Shown piece by piece: positions 1 through 10,713 of a stretch of 64,000 bases of DNA. Location of the stretch: NCBI GenBank assembly GCA_963773065.1, contig CAVYZN010000006.1, positions 32,001-96,000 of the forward strand. Reading direction: 5' to 3'. The stretch comes from an uncultured Gammaproteobacteria bacterium. GTDB lineage: Bacteria; Pseudomonadota; Gammaproteobacteria; UBA9214. The notes under the pieces were generated by a model. That model was not told the origin of the DNA. It ran no database searches and was given only the letters and a program-made list of their open reading frames with translations. Position numbers and translations under genes: made by a program. Numbering within the stretch: position 1 is the stretch's first letter; each line of letters starts with the position of its first letter.

Positions 1-248
1 TGGTAAAGGAAGTCCGCCGGGTAGGTATTGTTCGCCAGGATCCCACCCACCCGGGCCGCCGCCAGGAACACATACTCCGGCCGCTCCCGGTCGAAAAATT
101 CCCTGACCGCCGCCTGCTCGCGCAGATCGACCTCCCTGCTGGTCGCGGTCACCAGATTGTCATACCCCTCCTGCCGCAGCCGCCGGACGATGGCCGACCC
201 CACCAGACCACGGTGACCCGCAATGTATATCTTTGAATTTTTATCCAT
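1..248 (-). CDS. fcl: GDP-L-fucose synthase, 5' part (runs off the window)
   Basis: Manual translation from ATG at 248: [24 protein letters not shown]...[23 protein letters not shown]; lies downstream of gmd. Confidence 0.93.
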   Translation of the reverse strand, partial: MDKNSKIYIAGHRGLVGSAIVRRLRQEGYDNLVTATSREVDLREQAAVREFFDRERPEYVFLAAARVGGILANNTYPADFLY

Positions 249-255
249 GTTGAAT

Positions 256-291
256 AAGTGAGAAGTAAGAAGTAAAAAGTGAAAAACGTGA
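256..291. repeat. Heptamer array (AAGTRAR)n, one arm flanking the four-helix-bundle gene
   Basis: AAGTGAG AAGTAAG AAGTAAA AAGTGAA AAACGTGA; reverse complement of the units at 709-797. Confidence 0.85.
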
Positions 292-342
292 TGGTCTGAT
301 GATTGACAATTTTTCGGTAATTAATGAAGTGTGAACACAGGC

Positions 343-693
343 TTATTCAATTCCCCTGGATACTTGTTGCCTTAATCCAATGATCAATGCTCTCACATGA
401 TTGATGAAGGACAATAAATCCGTTACTTCTGCATACCTGAGTCTTGAAGCTATAATCAGTTGTGTTTCCAACTCCGCCAATGACCCCAGAGATATGCCTA
501 GAAAATTACAGAACTCCTTCTTTCCATTTCTGGCAGCACCTTCACTCAAATTGCTTGGCACCGATACAGCAGCCCGGCGAACTTGAGATGTCAATCCGTA
601 TAATTCATTCCCCGGAAACCCTGCACTCACTTTATAGACTTCTTCAACCAACAGTATTGCCTGTTTCCAGGCTTGCAGATCCTTGTGATTCAT
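343..693 (-). CDS. Four helix bundle protein (23S rRNA IVP-like family)
   Basis: 116 aa with DLQAWKQA..L...VY..S..FP..E.YGLTSQVRRAAVSVPSNLSEG.AR...KEF..FL.IS.GSLAELETQL, the family signature. Confidence 0.92.
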   Translation of the reverse strand: MNHKDLQAWKQAILLVEEVYKVSAGFPGNELYGLTSQVRRAAVSVPSNLSEGAARNGKKEFCNFLGISLGSLAELETQLIIASRLRYAEVTDLLSFINHVRALIIGLRQQVSRGIE

Positions 694-708
694 AACCCCT
701 CCCTGGGT

Positions 709-797
709 TCACGTTTCACCTGCCACATCATTACTCCTCACTCCTCACTTCTCACTTCTACTTCTCACTTCTTACTTCTTACTTTTTATTCTTACTC
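709..797. repeat. Heptamer array (CTYACTT)n, the other arm flanking the four-helix-bundle gene
   Basis: TCACGTTT...CTCACTC CTCACTT CTCACTT CTACTT CTCACTT CTTACTT CTTACTT; overlaps the gmd stop codon. Confidence 0.85.
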
Positions 798-1898
798 ATG
801 ATAATCAAACGTCCTGTAGCCTTCGCGCTTGCACAACTCATCCCGCTCGGCGATCTTGAGATCCTCGCGCACCATCTCCGAGACCATGTCATGCAGCGAA
901 ATCTCGGCCTGCCAGCCCAGCTTATGCTTTGCTTTCGAAGGATCACCCAGCAGGGTTTCCACCTCCGTCGGACGGAAATAGCGTGAATCCACCTCCACCA
1001 GGACGCGGCCGGTCTCGACGTCGATACCTTTTTCAGCCACCCCGGCGCCTTCCCAGATGATGGATATGCCGACCTCCGACAACGCCGCCTCGACAAACTG
1101 GCGCACCGAATACTGCCTGCCGGTAGCGATCACGAAATCATCCGGTTCAGCCTGTTGCAACATCAGCCACTGCGCCTTCACATAGTCCTTCGCATGGCCC
1201 CAGTCACGCCTTGAATCCAGATTGCCGAGGAAGAGCTTGTCCTGCAGGCCGAGCTTGATGCGCGCCACCGCCCGGGTGATCTTGCGCGTCACGAAGGTCT
1301 CGCCGCGGATCGGGGACTCGTGGTTGAACAGAATGCCGTTGCAGGCATAGATGCCGTAAGCCTCGCGGTAATTGACACAGATCCAGTAGGAATAAACCTT
1401 GGCCGCCGCATAGGGGCTTCTGGGATAGAACGGCGTGGTTTCCTTCTGGGGAACCTCCTGCACCTTGCCGAACATCTCGCTGGTGGAGGCCTGGTAGAAG
1501 CGCGTCTTTTTCTCCAGCCCGAGGATGCGGATCGCCTCCAGCAGCCGCAGCGTGCCCAGGGCGTCGGCATTCGCGGTGTATTCAGCGGTTTCGAAGGAGA
1601 CCGCCACATGGCTTTGGGCCGCGAGGTTATAGATCTCGTCCGGCTGCACCTGCTGAATGATGCGTATCAGGTTGGTGGCATCGGTCAGGTCGCCGTAGTG
1701 CAGTACAAAGCGCTGGTCGGGGTCGTGCGGGTCGCGGTAAAGATGGTCGATGCGGTCCGTGTTGAACGAGGAAGCCCGGCGCTTGATGCCGTGGACGCTA
1801 TAGCCCTTGTTAAGCAGCAGTTCCGCCAGATAGGCGCCATCCTGACCGGTGATACCGGTTATCAGGGCCACTTTCGCGGGGTTGGATCGTTTGCTCAT
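792..1898 (-). CDS. gmd: GDP-mannose 4,6-dehydratase
   Basis: [62 protein letters not shown]. Confidence 0.97.
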   Translation of the reverse strand: MSKRSNPAKVALITGITGQDGAYLAELLLNKGYSVHGIKRRASSFNTDRIDHLYRDPHDPDQRFVLHYGDLTDATNLIRIIQQVQPDEIYNLAAQSHVAVSFETAEYTANADALGTLRLLEAIRILGLEKKTRFYQASTSEMFGKVQEVPQKETTPFYPRSPYAAAKVYSYWICVNYREAYGIYACNGILFNHESPIRGETFVTRKITRAVARIKLGLQDKLFLGNLDSRRDWGHAKDYVKAQWLMLQQAEPDDFVIATGRQYSVRQFVEAALSEVGISIIWEGAGVAEKGIDVETGRVLVEVDSRYFRPTEVETLLGDPSKAKHKLGWQAEISLHDMVSEMVREDLKIAERDELCKREGYRTFDYHE

Positions 1899-1964
1899 AA
1901 GCTCATTCCATCAGTATTGGAAACAAGAGGGTGTCCGAAATCATGCAAACCCGGCCATGCACCA

Positions 1965-2038
1965 GATGTAGGGTGCGCCGTGCGCACCATTTGTCTCGTA
2001 ACAACCCCTGCTACGGTACGCACGGCGCACCCTACATC
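1965..2038. repeat. GTAG-family REP doublet (REPIN-like)
   Basis: GATGTAGGGTGCGCCGTGCGCACC ... GGTACGCACGGCGCACCCTACATC, an inverted pair. Confidence 0.8.
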
Positions 2039-2059
2039 GATACAAACTCTTTCAGGAGT

Positions 2060-3790
2060 TCACACAAAATTTTCGGTCATCCCGCGCATACCAATCACCA
2101 GCAGTGAGAACAATACCGAAACGGTGAAGAAATTCCAGCGATGATTCATCCTGCTCAGAATCAACTCAGCCCCATAAAACAGGATGATGGTCTTCAGGGC
2201 AACCGCAGTCATGCTTGCATCCACCATACCATTATTGGCCAATACGGCAAGCGCCAGCACCGCCAGTACAATCAGGAAATCCATCGGCGTGACATTGAAA
2301 CTCCCTCCATCGGCATAGCGGATGGACAGGGCGATGCCCGTCAGGAACACTCCAAAAAAGGCGTAGGTGACCGGATCACTCCCGGTCAAATAGACCGGCT
2401 GGTAGGTATTCGTCAGGTACACGATAAAAACGATTGCGACATAGACGAGCAGGCGCAGCGGCAGAAACGGTAGTTGAAATCCGGCCAGCAGACGCACGAG
2501 CAACAGGACAAACAGGGCCGTGGCAGTCAGGGTGAAATCACGCGGAATACTGGTGGCGATGAAAGCCCCCGCCACCATGAACATCGAGATGCTAGCGAAC
2601 ACCAGGCCATAGGCCACGGACAGCAAGCGGGGGCTGTGTCTGGCTGAATGTAAAAAACCCTCCAGGGAAGCCTTTTCATCCTCCTTGCGAATACGCCAGC
2701 CGCTACGCTCGGCCGCAAAAAGAAAACTGAATACGGCTGCCACCACAACAGCATAGATTCCCAGTATCAGAGCATCCGATTCATACGGCATGAGCACCGC
2801 ACAGAATACCAGCAGCGCCTGCACCGAATAGACCACCACCACGGATTCGTAGTGCTGGAACCCGAGATCCAGCAGACGATGATGAATGTGGTTCTTGGTC
2901 GCCCGGAACCAGTTCATTCTGTGGTATATCCGCTGCGCGAAGACGGCGATGATATCCGCGATCGGCAGACCCAGCAGGAGCGCGGGCAATGCCGGGCTCA
3001 GCGCGGGGTTGACCTGCTGCGTCAGCAACACGGCCAGGAACCCGAGCGTATAGCCCAGAAACTGGCTGCCCCCATCCCCCATGAAAATCCGCGCGGGATG
3101 GGTGTTGAATCGCATGAATCCGAACAGACCGCCGATCGTGGTAAGCGCCATCATGGTGACCGTCGTCCCGCCGGCGAGATAGGAAAGATAGACGATACCC
3201 CCGAGACTCAGCATCGACTCGCCACCCGCCAGGCCATCCAGCCCGTCGGAGTGATTGATGGCATTGATCATGCCAACCATCGCGAAAACCGTAAAGGGCC
3301 GACCGATTGATCCGGATACCGGCTCACCCCCCATGAACGGCAGATGGGTAATGAATACGTCACCGTAGTAAACGACCGCGAGCACGGCGATAAACTGGCC
3401 GATGAACTTCACGTAATGGCCCTGTTCCCTGCAGTCATCCATGACACCGAACCCGAACAACACCAACGCGCCGAATATATAGGCTTGCAGTGACTGGTCA
3501 AGCGGCAACAGCAGAACAACGGGCAGTAGCGTACCGAGCACGATGCCCACGCCACCGACGCGGGGGATCGGAATCGCATGCACCTTGCGCAAGTCCGGCT
3601 TGTCCATCATCCCGAGCCTGGGAGCAAGGCGTACCATGATGGGTATCACCACCATGCTGATCGCCAGCGCGACCATCAGCGGCAGGATCAGGGTCAGCGG
3701 ACTTCCGCTGACAACCGACGTTGCACCGGCCAGATCGTCCAGATGAAGGTCGATGACGGGTTCGTTTAATTGATCAATCACGGAGAACAT
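2060..3790 (-). CDS. MraY/WecA-family polyprenyl-phosphate HexNAc-1-phosphate transferase with C-terminal membrane extension
   Basis: DKPDLRKVHAIPIPRVGG, GVMDD, NAINHSDGLDGLAGG, FNTHPARIFMGDGGS, HIHHRL; start moved to ATG 3790 because the longer ORF runs through a REP. Confidence 0.88.
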   Translation of the reverse strand: MFSVIDQLNEPVIDLHLDDLAGATSVVSGSPLTLILPLMVALAISMVVIPIMVRLAPRLGMMDKPDLRKVHAIPIPRVGGVGIVLGTLLPVVLLLPLDQSLQAYIFGALVLFGFGVMDDCREQGHYVKFIGQFIAVLAVVYYGDVFITHLPFMGGEPVSGSIGRPFTVFAMVGMINAINHSDGLDGLAGGESMLSLGGIVYLSYLAGGTTVTMMALTTIGGLFGFMRFNTHPARIFMGDGGSQFLGYTLGFLAVLLTQQVNPALSPALPALLLGLPIADIIAVFAQRIYHRMNWFRATKNHIHHRLLDLGFQHYESVVVVYSVQALLVFCAVLMPYESDALILGIYAVVVAAVFSFLFAAERSGWRIRKEDEKASLEGFLHSARHSPRLLSVAYGLVFASISMFMVAGAFIATSIPRDFTLTATALFVLLLVRLLAGFQLPFLPLRLLVYVAIVFIVYLTNTYQPVYLTGSDPVTYAFFGVFLTGIALSIRYADGGSFNVTPMDFLIVLAVLALAVLANNGMVDASMTAVALKTIILFYGAELILSRMNHRWNFFTVSVLFSLLVIGMRGMTENFV

Positions 3791-3804
3791 CAATTGAGCC
3801 TGTT

Positions 3805-3825
3805 GTAGGGTGCGCCATGCGCACC
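3805..3825. repeat. GTAG REP single copy
   Basis: GTAGGGTGCGCCATGCGCACC, one mismatch to the copy at 1968. Confidence 0.75.
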
Positions 3826-3982
3826 GTCTGGTGCCCGCAACCGTTTCCATGCTGCTGCGATGATGCATCAATATTTATAAGGCAAGCGCCTATTACATCA
3901 CCCTTTGCGCAGAGAAGATTCGGATTAAGGAACAAAAAAGGCAATCCAGCCATTCGATACCCTGTAGCCTCCCGTCACCTGG

Positions 3983-5566
3983 CTACTCGGGTATATATTC
4001 GGAAAGATAAGGATTGACCACTTTTACGAATTCGACCAGTCTGCCATCGGCAGCCGCCAGATCGTCGCCGGGATCGATGAAGGCGGTCAGACGCACCAGC
4101 GCTCCATCCGTACGATTCCTGGTCATGGCATCCCAGAGCAGATACCACTTGACCAGCCATTCATTGGTAATATTACGACCCCGTTGCTGGAACCAGTAAT
4201 AAACAAGCTGGGTAGAGTCACCTTTTTTTATCAACAAACGGTTCACTTCCAACGGCTTGCCGTTGATCTCGACACCATCGATGGCGCGGACGGTATGGTC
4301 CTTGATCAGCCACCCGCCACCGGGGATACAGGAACGCGGTGAATGCGCCGAGGCGCCCGAGCGCTGCGACGCATAGTACGCAATGTAGAAATTTACCATC
4401 CCACCTTCGCGATTGTGGTAATCAGAAAGCAGGTAGTCGTCTAACTTCAAGGCGTCAAGATAGATGCTTTCCAACTGTCCTGGTCGCCCTTCCCAGCCCG
4501 CAATCACTCGCGGGAAGCCATCGAAACCGGCTCGTTCAGGAATCTGCTCGGAGCGTCCCGTCACGGCGACGGTTGCAGCCGTTCCAGCGCCGAGCAGCAA
4601 CAACGCGATCGATAGCCGGAGCAGTTACCCGTCGATGGCGGTGCTGGGCGCCAGATTGCCTTTCCGGGAAATCAAAGCCGAAAATCTCCCCAAACGACTT
4701 CCTATCAGATCCCAGTCGCGACAGCACCCAAATCTCGACGAGCAACAGGCCGACGCATCCCATGAACACGACCCAGCCCTCGAAATAGTGCAGGAATCCC
4801 TCCGCCTGTTTGGGACCGCCGTATTCGACCAGCACGCCGATCACACCGATTCGGAAGCTGTTCATGAACACCGTAATCGGAATGCTCGACAAGACAACCA
4901 CGAAACGCTTCCAGACCGCATCCCGGTAGAAATACGCCGCGATGATGGAGAGGGAAACCAGCGGGAACAGGTAGCGCAAGCCGCTGCAGGCCTCGACAAC
5001 CTGCAATTTGTAGGTACCGAGATCGATGACATTGCCTTCCAGAAACACGCTGATCCCGAACAACCGGATCACCTCCACACCGATCTGCGAGGATATAAGC
5101 TGCAACTGCGAGGATAAATTGTTGTACAGGAAGGGCGGCAGGGGAACCATCAGAAACAACAGCAACAGGGGGACCAGAATCACCCGGAACGCTTTCCAGC
5201 CCATGAGACTGTAAGCGCCCCCCATGAGTGAAAGCAGAAACCCATATTGGGTAACCGAATGCAGGGTACTGAGCTGTCCGGCAAATAAAACGAGCAGCCC
5301 ACCCAGCAGCAACGCCACACCGACCCAGGAACCGCTGAAATCGAGCTGTGAAAGCTTATCCTTGCGCTGCCAGACGAGAAATGCGGCGATGAACGGGATC
5401 ATGAACCCATAACCGTATTCTTCGCTGCCCTCCCACCGCTGAATCATGCTCACCAGCGAGGGATAGGCGGCCGCGACGAGCAGCCCCCCTCCTGCGAGGA
5501 GGAGACCCCAGATCAGCGGGCCGGATTTCAAATAGGTGGTATTACCTTGATCAGCGGCATAGACAT
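3983..5566 (-). CDS. xrtD: Exosortase D (VPLPA-CTERM type) fused to EpsI domain; frameshift near 4600-4640
   Basis: EEYGYGFMIP, GNVIDLGTYKLQVVEACSGLRYLFPL (catalytic Cys), NSFRI, LHYFEGW; overlapping ORF 3983-4603 supplies the EpsI motifs HSPRSCIPGGGW, YYWFQQRGR and RTDGALVRL. Confidence 0.85.
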
Positions 5567-5648
5567 ATATATAAGGAAACAATTTCCCGAGATCGGGAAT
5601 ATCCCGAATACCAGTGGTTTGAAATTAGTTGACTTTACGTGGATGACG

Positions 5649-6059
5649 TCACAATCGAAACTTGATCGGCTGGCCGGGGCATTCACTATACCAGCCGGTC
5701 ACATCGGCAGCCAAGCAAAAACAAGCTGCACAACCCAACGTTATCAGTGCGTTACCTTGACGTTCGTCGAGCATCCGGTGCAACACCGTCTGCTTCGACC
5801 AATGCTCCACCGCGAAGGCGCGGCCGGCCAATCCCAACCGCCGGCGCTCCTCGGGCGAGCGTCCAAGGCGTTCAACCGCAGCCAGAAAGGCCTGTTGATC
5901 ACCGGGCATCACGACCTGCCCGCAACCACTCACCACCTCCGCAACCTGCGACCCCGCTCGCGCCGTGGCGATCACCGGCCGGCCACTCGCCAGCATCGCG
6001 GTGAGTTTTGACGGCATCACCAGATCTTCGGCATCGGCGCGCTGTGGCAGCAATATCAT
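5649..6059 (-). pseudogene. C-terminal remnant of a WcaI-like GT4 glycosyltransferase
   Basis: LLPQRADAEDLVMPSKLTAMLASGRPVIATA; the N-terminal part is missing and the fragment abuts the FkbM gene stop. Confidence 0.75.
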
Positions 6060-6064
6060 TGCAG

Positions 6065-6898
6065 CTACTTATCAATGCAGGCTTTCTTCAAAAAAAGCAC
6101 ACTAAAATTTTGAGTAGGAGGTTTGGCCATCGAACGACCATCGAATGCCACAAAATCCTTAGACTGAAGAAACTCGGGAATCCGGGCATCTTTATACCCG
6201 TCGAGATATACAGCTTTGATTCTGCCCGCTTGAAAAAAGCCCCTCGCTCCCTGCAGCACTTGCCATTCGTGTCCCTCAACATCAATCTTCATTACAATTG
6301 AGTTCCCTGCTATATCAAAGCTATCGAGTCGCTTTACGGGGACGTCTACAGTCCAATCTGGGTCTTGAAAATCTGATGCATCCTGCAAGCTACCAAAGAC
6401 GCCTGATACAGCTCCCTTGGCGAATCGCATACTACCGTCATAGTCCGACAGGCCGATGCATTCAATAATTGTCGCGTTACCTTTCAGCGTTTTTCGCAAT
6501 CTCTTTGCGGTTTCCGGATTCGCCTCAAATGCATAGAATCTGATAGAAGGAAAAACGTGCTGTATTCTTCCGATAATGCCGGAATAGAGACCAACATTCG
6601 CTCCTATATCGATGAATGTGTCACCGCGCTCAAGAATCAGCGCCAGATTAATTATTGAAGCAATCTCATCACGGAATACTATGTTTGATCTCGAATTCTT
6701 GGCGGCTCTTACATAGCCAATCTCCGATATCGTATTGACACATAGCTTACTGCCCGCGATTTCAATTTCTACTTCCTCTTCCTGCAAGAATAATCTGGTA
6801 AGCCAGAGACGCAATCGCGGGTTGCGCAAGAACAATCGCCATATGAGCCAAGTTATGAATTTATTCTTGTAAATGTTCATTCGAGGTCTCCTTTGCAT
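6065..6898 (-). CDS. FkbM-family methyltransferase
   Basis: FIDIGANVGLYS, AFEANP, KIDVEGHE. Confidence 0.9.
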   Translation of the reverse strand: MQRRPRMNIYKNKFITWLIWRLFLRNPRLRLWLTRLFLQEEEVEIEIAGSKLCVNTISEIGYVRAAKNSRSNIVFRDEIASIINLALILERGDTFIDIGANVGLYSGIIGRIQHVFPSIRFYAFEANPETAKRLRKTLKGNATIIECIGLSDYDGSMRFAKGAVSGVFGSLQDASDFQDPDWTVDVPVKRLDSFDIAGNSIVMKIDVEGHEWQVLQGARGFFQAGRIKAVYLDGYKDARIPEFLQSKDFVAFDGRSMAKPPTQNFSVLFLKKACIDK

Positions 6899-7019
6899 TT
6901 CGACGTCGCAAGGCCGTATGGCTTCGGTGAAGCCAAGCGAGTCGTCAGTTACGCTTTATCGGCAGTAAACGCGAACGGGTATTGCCTGGTGACAAAATTC
7001 GGCATCTTGCTTCAGACCA

Positions 7020-7330
7020 TCAATCACTTACTGCGAATAACCAATCCGATTGTGCGCACCTTCCTGGACGCCGTCCCCTCGCGGTAAAGCATTCCGTTTC
7101 TTCGATCGATCCCTCATAGCGCACCGCATTGGCAACATCGATGAGCACATCCCGCAGCAACTCGTTGCGGCACCACTGTTGAAAACGGCGATGCACTGTT
7201 TTGTGGGTGCTTGCTACCAGGTCGACTGGGTGGACGACGTTCCTCCGGAAAATGTTCCCGAATACATTCCCAGTGTTCATCGCTCTGGCGTAGCACAGAG
7301 CCGGGGTCATACGAGATTTTATTCATTTCG
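7020..7330 (-). mobile_element. Degraded IS5-family transposase fragment
   Basis: Two frames: SDEHWECIREHFPEE..P.SRPG and KTVHRRFQQWC..ELLRDVL..VANA.R.EG.IEETECF. Confidence 0.7.
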
Positions 7331-7374
7331 TAATTTTGAGATGATAAGTTTTTAGTAACTGACAAGTTTTAAGA

Positions 7375-8136
7375 TTAAGAATTTTCAAAGGGATTTTTAT
7401 ATAAACCGAATCTCTGCTTTAGGATGTAGTAAAAAAACGGGGTATCATCCACCAGATATCTTTTCCAAAGTCTTTTAGGTTCTTTCATTAACCGATAAAA
7501 CCATTCGAGGCCTAGCTTTTGATATCGCTTCAGGGGCACGCTTGATATTCCCGGCTTCAAAGTCAATGGTTGCGCCTAACGCCATAAAAAGTTTGATATT
7601 TGTAAATCTGTCTTTGTATTTGAAAATCCATTTTTCTTGTTTCGGTGCACCAACACCCACAACTAATACAGTCGCATCTGTTTGGTTAATTTTCTCAATG
7701 ATTTCCGCACATTCCGATTCGCTATTTTCAAAACCAAACGATGGAGAATGTGCACCAACAATAATTGGTCTTCCTGTTCTCTTCATTTATTTTTATCATT
7801 GCTTCGTCGAGCAACACCAGGTGCAGCTCCTAGCAAGAATATCTTTATCAGTGGATTCGATTTGTGATGACTGCAATATAGAGGGAAAAAAGAAGAGCCA
7901 GGAATTACTTCCTTTAGCGGGTTCCCTAAAAATTTAGCACTTAAAAATAGAAGCTTACTGTCGCAAACCACCCAATCGGCATTTAGGTAAATATGGTAGA
8001 ATTCTTTATCTTTTTGTAGCTTGATAAGATGATCGACATTGGGAGTTATCAATACTCCATCAATAAGCTGATCAAGTAATTCCTTAACGCTAATCGAATG
8101 TATCTTAATATTTAAGATTGAGACTGATTTATGCAT
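7375..8136 (-). CDS. WecB/TagA/CpsF-family glycosyltransferase (two frameshifts)
   Basis: Three overlapping ORFs: ITPNVDHL..., IFLLGAAPGVA / VGVGAPKQEKWI, LGATIDFEAG / GLEWFYRL..EPKRLWKRYL; AT-rich. Confidence 0.85.
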
Positions 8137-8194
8137 TCTAAGAGGAAGAACTTGTATGGCTTTTCTACATAATCTAAAGCAGATTGGCATTTCA

Positions 8195-9230
8195 TTAAAA
8201 CTTTAACCAGTCAAATGTGGTCGAATTGTCATTTTTGATTATTTTCGATATCAGACTAAATGACGAGTTACCTTGCCAGTAAAGGTATTTAGTCATCGAT
8301 AATAACCACATATCAGCTACGCTATCGTAGAATAATTGTTCCTTTTGATCTTCCTCAAAATACCAATAAGCCCATTTGTGTATTCCTCCATGATCAATTT
8401 TTGGAATACGCTTCTCAAAGAACAGCATTCTGTCTTGGAAGGTGTTTTTTAGTTTATCAATTAAATCGATATTGTCTGAGCACAAAAATAGTTTTTACCT
8501 GTGAGATCTTCTCCAACTCAGATTTCAATTTTTTAATCAATCTATCTAATTGAGATTTCGGTTTCTTATCCGTATATCTGATATGAACGCCAATAACATT
8601 AGAAAAGTCATTCTCGGTAGCATACTGCTTAAACTGCTGATAGTAGATGTCTTTCAGTTGAACATAATTCAGTAGATTAGAAATTCGGCATAAAGGTCTA
8701 AAATCAGCAAATACGACAATATCCTGATCAAGCCATTTTGGAAGTGCAGCACCTAATGGAAAATTGTCTCCTTTAAGGATATCCCGAACCGCTCCCCAAT
8801 ATCCCTTTTTGTCATTAACTCTTTGGAAAGACTGCAATCCAACCACGTAGCCAAGTTTATAGCGGAATATCAAACCCATCCCAACTTTATACGGAGGGTA
8901 GTTGGCAATCGAAGGCGTACATGCATAATAATTTTTTAATAGTGCATTTGTAATATCTTCTTTATGAAGTATTCGCGGAAATGTAGAAGCCCCATTATCT
9001 ATCGCTTTTAAAATTTCATCGGGCGCATCAACATATGCTACATTTTTTAATTCAAAATATTTAAAGAAAATATTAACTCCAGTTGGGCCAAACATCCCAT
9101 CGCACCAATCCAGATATATGGTTCGTTGCGTTTTTTTTGCATAGGAAATCGCTTTCATCAAGGAAATGAAGCGATTTCCTATACCGCCAACTCCTTTTAC
9201 TATTAGATATTTTTCAGCTTCATCTTTCAT
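8195..9230 (-). CDS. NodZ/O-fucosyltransferase-like glycosyltransferase (one frameshift near 8485)
   Basis: LIVKGVGGIGNR, VIGVHIRYTD, (F)CSDN, ADMWLLS....L...GNSSFS: the motif layout of GDP-fucose-dependent GT-B enzymes. Confidence 0.7.
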
Positions 9231-9256
9231 TTTTACTCTTCTTACTCGCACATTAC

Positions 9257-9763
9257 ATGTGCAGTCTTCTGCTCGATGCGCCGGGTCTCGTCCAGGGCCC
9301 TGGAGGCGTGGGCGATCACATGGAACTTGTCGAAGGTGATCCGGGCATTGGGAAGACTCTCGGCGCAGCCCTTGATGAAGGCCGGCGACATGTCGATGCT
9401 GACCGAGTCGATGGCATCAATGTCGGCACCATGGGCCCGGAGATCCTCGGCGAGCCGCCGGATCGCCTCGGCCTCACGGCCTTCGGTGACGAACAGCACC
9501 GCGCGGCGCTCGGCGTCGGCGGCCAGGGTGACATAGTCGTGGCCGCGGGCTCGCGAGGTCTCGTCGATGGCCAGGCGGGTGACCTCGGAGAAGTCGGCCT
9601 CGGCCAGCGCGAGATCGACATAGCGCCCGCAAATCGCCGCCACCCGATGCCAGCTCTCGCCGGTGAGACGTGCCACCGCCGCAAACGGCATCTCGCGCGC
9701 CAACATCAGCACAAGTGCCTCAAAGAGCAGCGTGAAGCCCGAGAGCTTCCCGGTCCAGCCCGG
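9257..9763 (-). mobile_element. Internal fragment of an ISL3-family transposase
   Basis: GKLSGFTLLFEALVLMLAREMP, LAIDETSRARGHDYVT, VSIDMSPAFIKG, ITFDKFHV; a GC-rich block inside AT-rich genes, with no IS ends seen. Confidence 0.85.
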
Positions 9764-10327
9764 CTATTTTTCTATTTGAGAAAGTTCCCGTTTTTTAATC
9801 AACATAGCAGGGTTGCCCCTTACAACAGTCCATGGTTCAACATTTTTAAAAACAGCAGACCTGGCACCTACAACCGCTCCCTGGCCTATATTAACTCCAG
9901 GTCCAATAAAGGCATCAGCTGCAACCCAAACTTGATCAGCAATAAATATAGGCTGTAAAACCAACCTGTGTTTAGGATCAGAAATATCGTGACTTGAAGC
10001 ACAGAGATAGGTTTTTTGAGATATTGTTGTGTGAGCGCCAATCGTTATTTTCCCTTGATTGTAACAATCAACTTCAGGACCTAAAGTAGAATAAGTTCCC
10101 ATTTCCAAATTCCAGGGAGCCCATATTTTGGCCGTTGCATAAATATATACATGCGGTGCTAATTTGGCGCCAAAAAGTCGAAGTATTGAATTTCTCCAGC
10201 TCGTAAAAAGCCCGAGATTGAATGGACGGAACAGAATCCAATAACAAAGATTCCAAATAACTCGGCCGATCTTATTTTTCGTACTAAATCGAAAATCGTA
10301 TTTGGATAAGTCAACAGATGTTTCCAT
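9764..10327 (-). CDS. WcaF-like acetyltransferase (hexapeptide repeat)
   Basis: LRLFGAK, KIWAPWNLEMG, ISQKTYLCASSHD, VWVAADAFIGPGVNIGQGAVVGARS, GNPA. Confidence 0.9.
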   Translation of the reverse strand: METSVDLSKYDFRFSTKNKIGRVIWNLCYWILFRPFNLGLFTSWRNSILRLFGAKLAPHVYIYATAKIWAPWNLEMGTYSTLGPEVDCYNQGKITIGAHTTISQKTYLCASSHDISDPKHRLVLQPIFIADQVWVAADAFIGPGVNIGQGAVVGARSAVFKNVEPWTVVRGNPAMLIKKRELSQIEK

Positions 10328-10355
10328 GTAATTATTCCAAGAATGAAATCTTGTT

Positions 10356-10547
10356 TTAGTTTTGCTTCGCGATAAGATCTTGATAGAGTCGTTGCATATT
10401 TTTAGTGACCGACTGGATATCGTCCCTTTTCTTCACTAATCGATGGCCATTTTGCCGCATAATTGCGTATAGGCAATATAAACCTTGCTGCAATCGTTCT
10501 ATGAGTTGAGGATCGTCCTCAAGGTAAGGGAAATGGAAAGCAAGCAC
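10356..10547 (-). pseudogene. Probable C-terminal remnant of a glycosyltransferase
   Basis: MRQNGHRLVKKRDDIQSVTKNMQRLYQDL resembles a terminal GT4 helix; no catalytic core is present. Confidence 0.35.
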
Positions 10548-10713
10548 TGAAGTCGACAGGTGTCAGACTACAACATTACTATTGGAGGAAATCTGTGCCG
10601 CATGTCTCCGTCCTCCTAGCATGTACTTCGACTATAAATCTTAACCAGACCTCCTCCCTGCGAATCATTCGAAGGCCTTAAATTCATGCCACCAATAAGA
10701 AGGGAACGGCATC

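Noticed and set aside
343-693. Diversity-generating retroelement (Avd-like protein)
   Set aside because: No reverse transcriptase and no template/variable repeat pair in the window.
709-797. CRISPR array
   Set aside because: The units are 7 bp with no spacers, and there are no cas genes; no repeat-spacer array was seen anywhere in the window.
3791-3871. N-terminal extension of the WecA-like ORF
   Set aside because: It is translated through a REP sequence (RRCAWRTL); ATG 3790 is the more plausible start.
3983-4603. Separate epsI gene
   Set aside because: It overlaps the exosortase ORF, and XrtD is normally a single fused protein; treated as one frameshifted gene.
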